DNA of 63,814 nucleotides, filler included, from Phoronis australis (lineage: Eukaryota; Animalia; Phoronida), in assembly GCA_002633005.1 (NCBI GenBank). It is 4 parts of 4 records of this genome, joined end to end, with 100 filler letters (N's around TTAATTAATTAA, not from the genome) between each part and the next. Parts side by side here need not be neighbours in the genome. Positions count along the whole stretch, not along the records: positions 62,177 to 63,814 come from NMRA01003915.1; 3 more parts are not named here. The stretch is one strand, 5' to 3'. The notes beneath the pieces were generated by a model, which did no database searches, was not told where the DNA came from, and was given only the letters and a program-made list of their open reading frames with translations. Within the stretch, counting starts at the first letter, position 1. Every line of letters begins with the position of its first letter. The position numbers and the translations under genes are program-made. Positions 63,164-63,814 of the stretch are shown in pieces.

Positions 63164-63768
63164 ATGTCGCCCCATGTTCTCATCCTTGGCAGTTCCTACG
63201 TTCGTTGGCTGCACAACTTCGTGTCCGACGCTCCCCAGGCCCGCTACCTCCATAACTACTGCTTCCGCCCTTCCCAGGTCACTATTTCGTCCCTGGGCAT
63301 ATCGGGCGGGACCCTTCTCCCCGGCCCTAAGTCCATCCAACCCAGGCCACCCGTTCCCTTCCCCGTTCCCCTCCTGACCTCGTTTTTCTCCAGATCGGAG
63401 GGAATGACCTCCACTCCACCTCCATCTCACCCCACGCCTTGGCCTCCCACCTCGTTTCTTTCGCCCGTTTTTTGTTAATTGCCTACGACGTCCGTCGGGT
63501 CCTCGTCGGACAGGCGTTTCACCGATTACACGCCGGTAGGCGTTTTCGTTCTCGCCTTCTCGCCTTCAACTCAGCCCTTCAATCCCTCCTGTCCCATGAG
63601 CCCCACATTTATTTTTGGACTCACAAGGGAGGTTTCTGGGCTAACCCCAACCACCTCTACCGCCCAGAGGGGATCCACTTTAACCACTCTGGCCTTCATA
63701 AACACGCCTTCAGCATTCGCGTGGCCATCGGTCACCACCTTCGTGAACTAGGCCTTCTCACCCTCTAG
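63164..63768 (+). pseudogene. SGNH/GDSL hydrolase ORF of retroelement type, one frameshift (~63345-63370)
   Basis: Block I VLILGSSYV, block II GISGG, block III PDLVFLQIGGNDL (second frame), block V YRPEGIHFN. Strongly pyrimidine-rich, intronless. Confidence 0.8.
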
Positions 63769-63814
63769 TCCCGCCCCACTCCCCCCCTTCCCGCTCCCCT
63801 CCCCTTTCCTTCCA

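Overview
Repeat-rich, intron-containing animal DNA, probably a marine invertebrate (inferred from the TE and gene families). It is not prokaryotic: I saw no CRISPR array, rRNA or convincing true tRNA gene. Three artificial N-TTAATTAATTAA-N linkers (18228, 40283, 62121) split the window into four blocks that may not be neighbours in the genome. Block 1 holds the 5' exons of a secreted vitellogenin-N/large-lipid-transfer-like gene (minus strand). It also holds a TSD-flanked CR1/L2-group LINE with a viral-type 2A motif (DIEVNPGP), nested in an older LINE. Block 2 holds a complete 11-exon mitochondrial glutamyl-tRNA synthetase gene (EARS2, 516 aa by manual splicing). EARS2 is head-to-head (390 bp between ATGs) with the first two exons of DNAJC19/TIM14, and is followed by decayed Academ-like transposon pieces. 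Block 3 holds the 5' end of a decayed THAP-domain, TTAA-targeting (Kolobok-like) transposon, two exons of an atypical 10-Cys Ly6/three-finger protein, and a large modular repeat field. Block 4 holds one trypsin-like protease exon and a frameshifted SGNH-hydrolase ORF of retroelement type. I found no unambiguous new biological system. The best leads are the 2A-LINE, the EARS2/DNAJC19 bidirectional pair, the atypical Ly6 protein, the LLTP-like gene and the solo SGNH unit. All family assignments come from motif recognition by eye, with no database searches.
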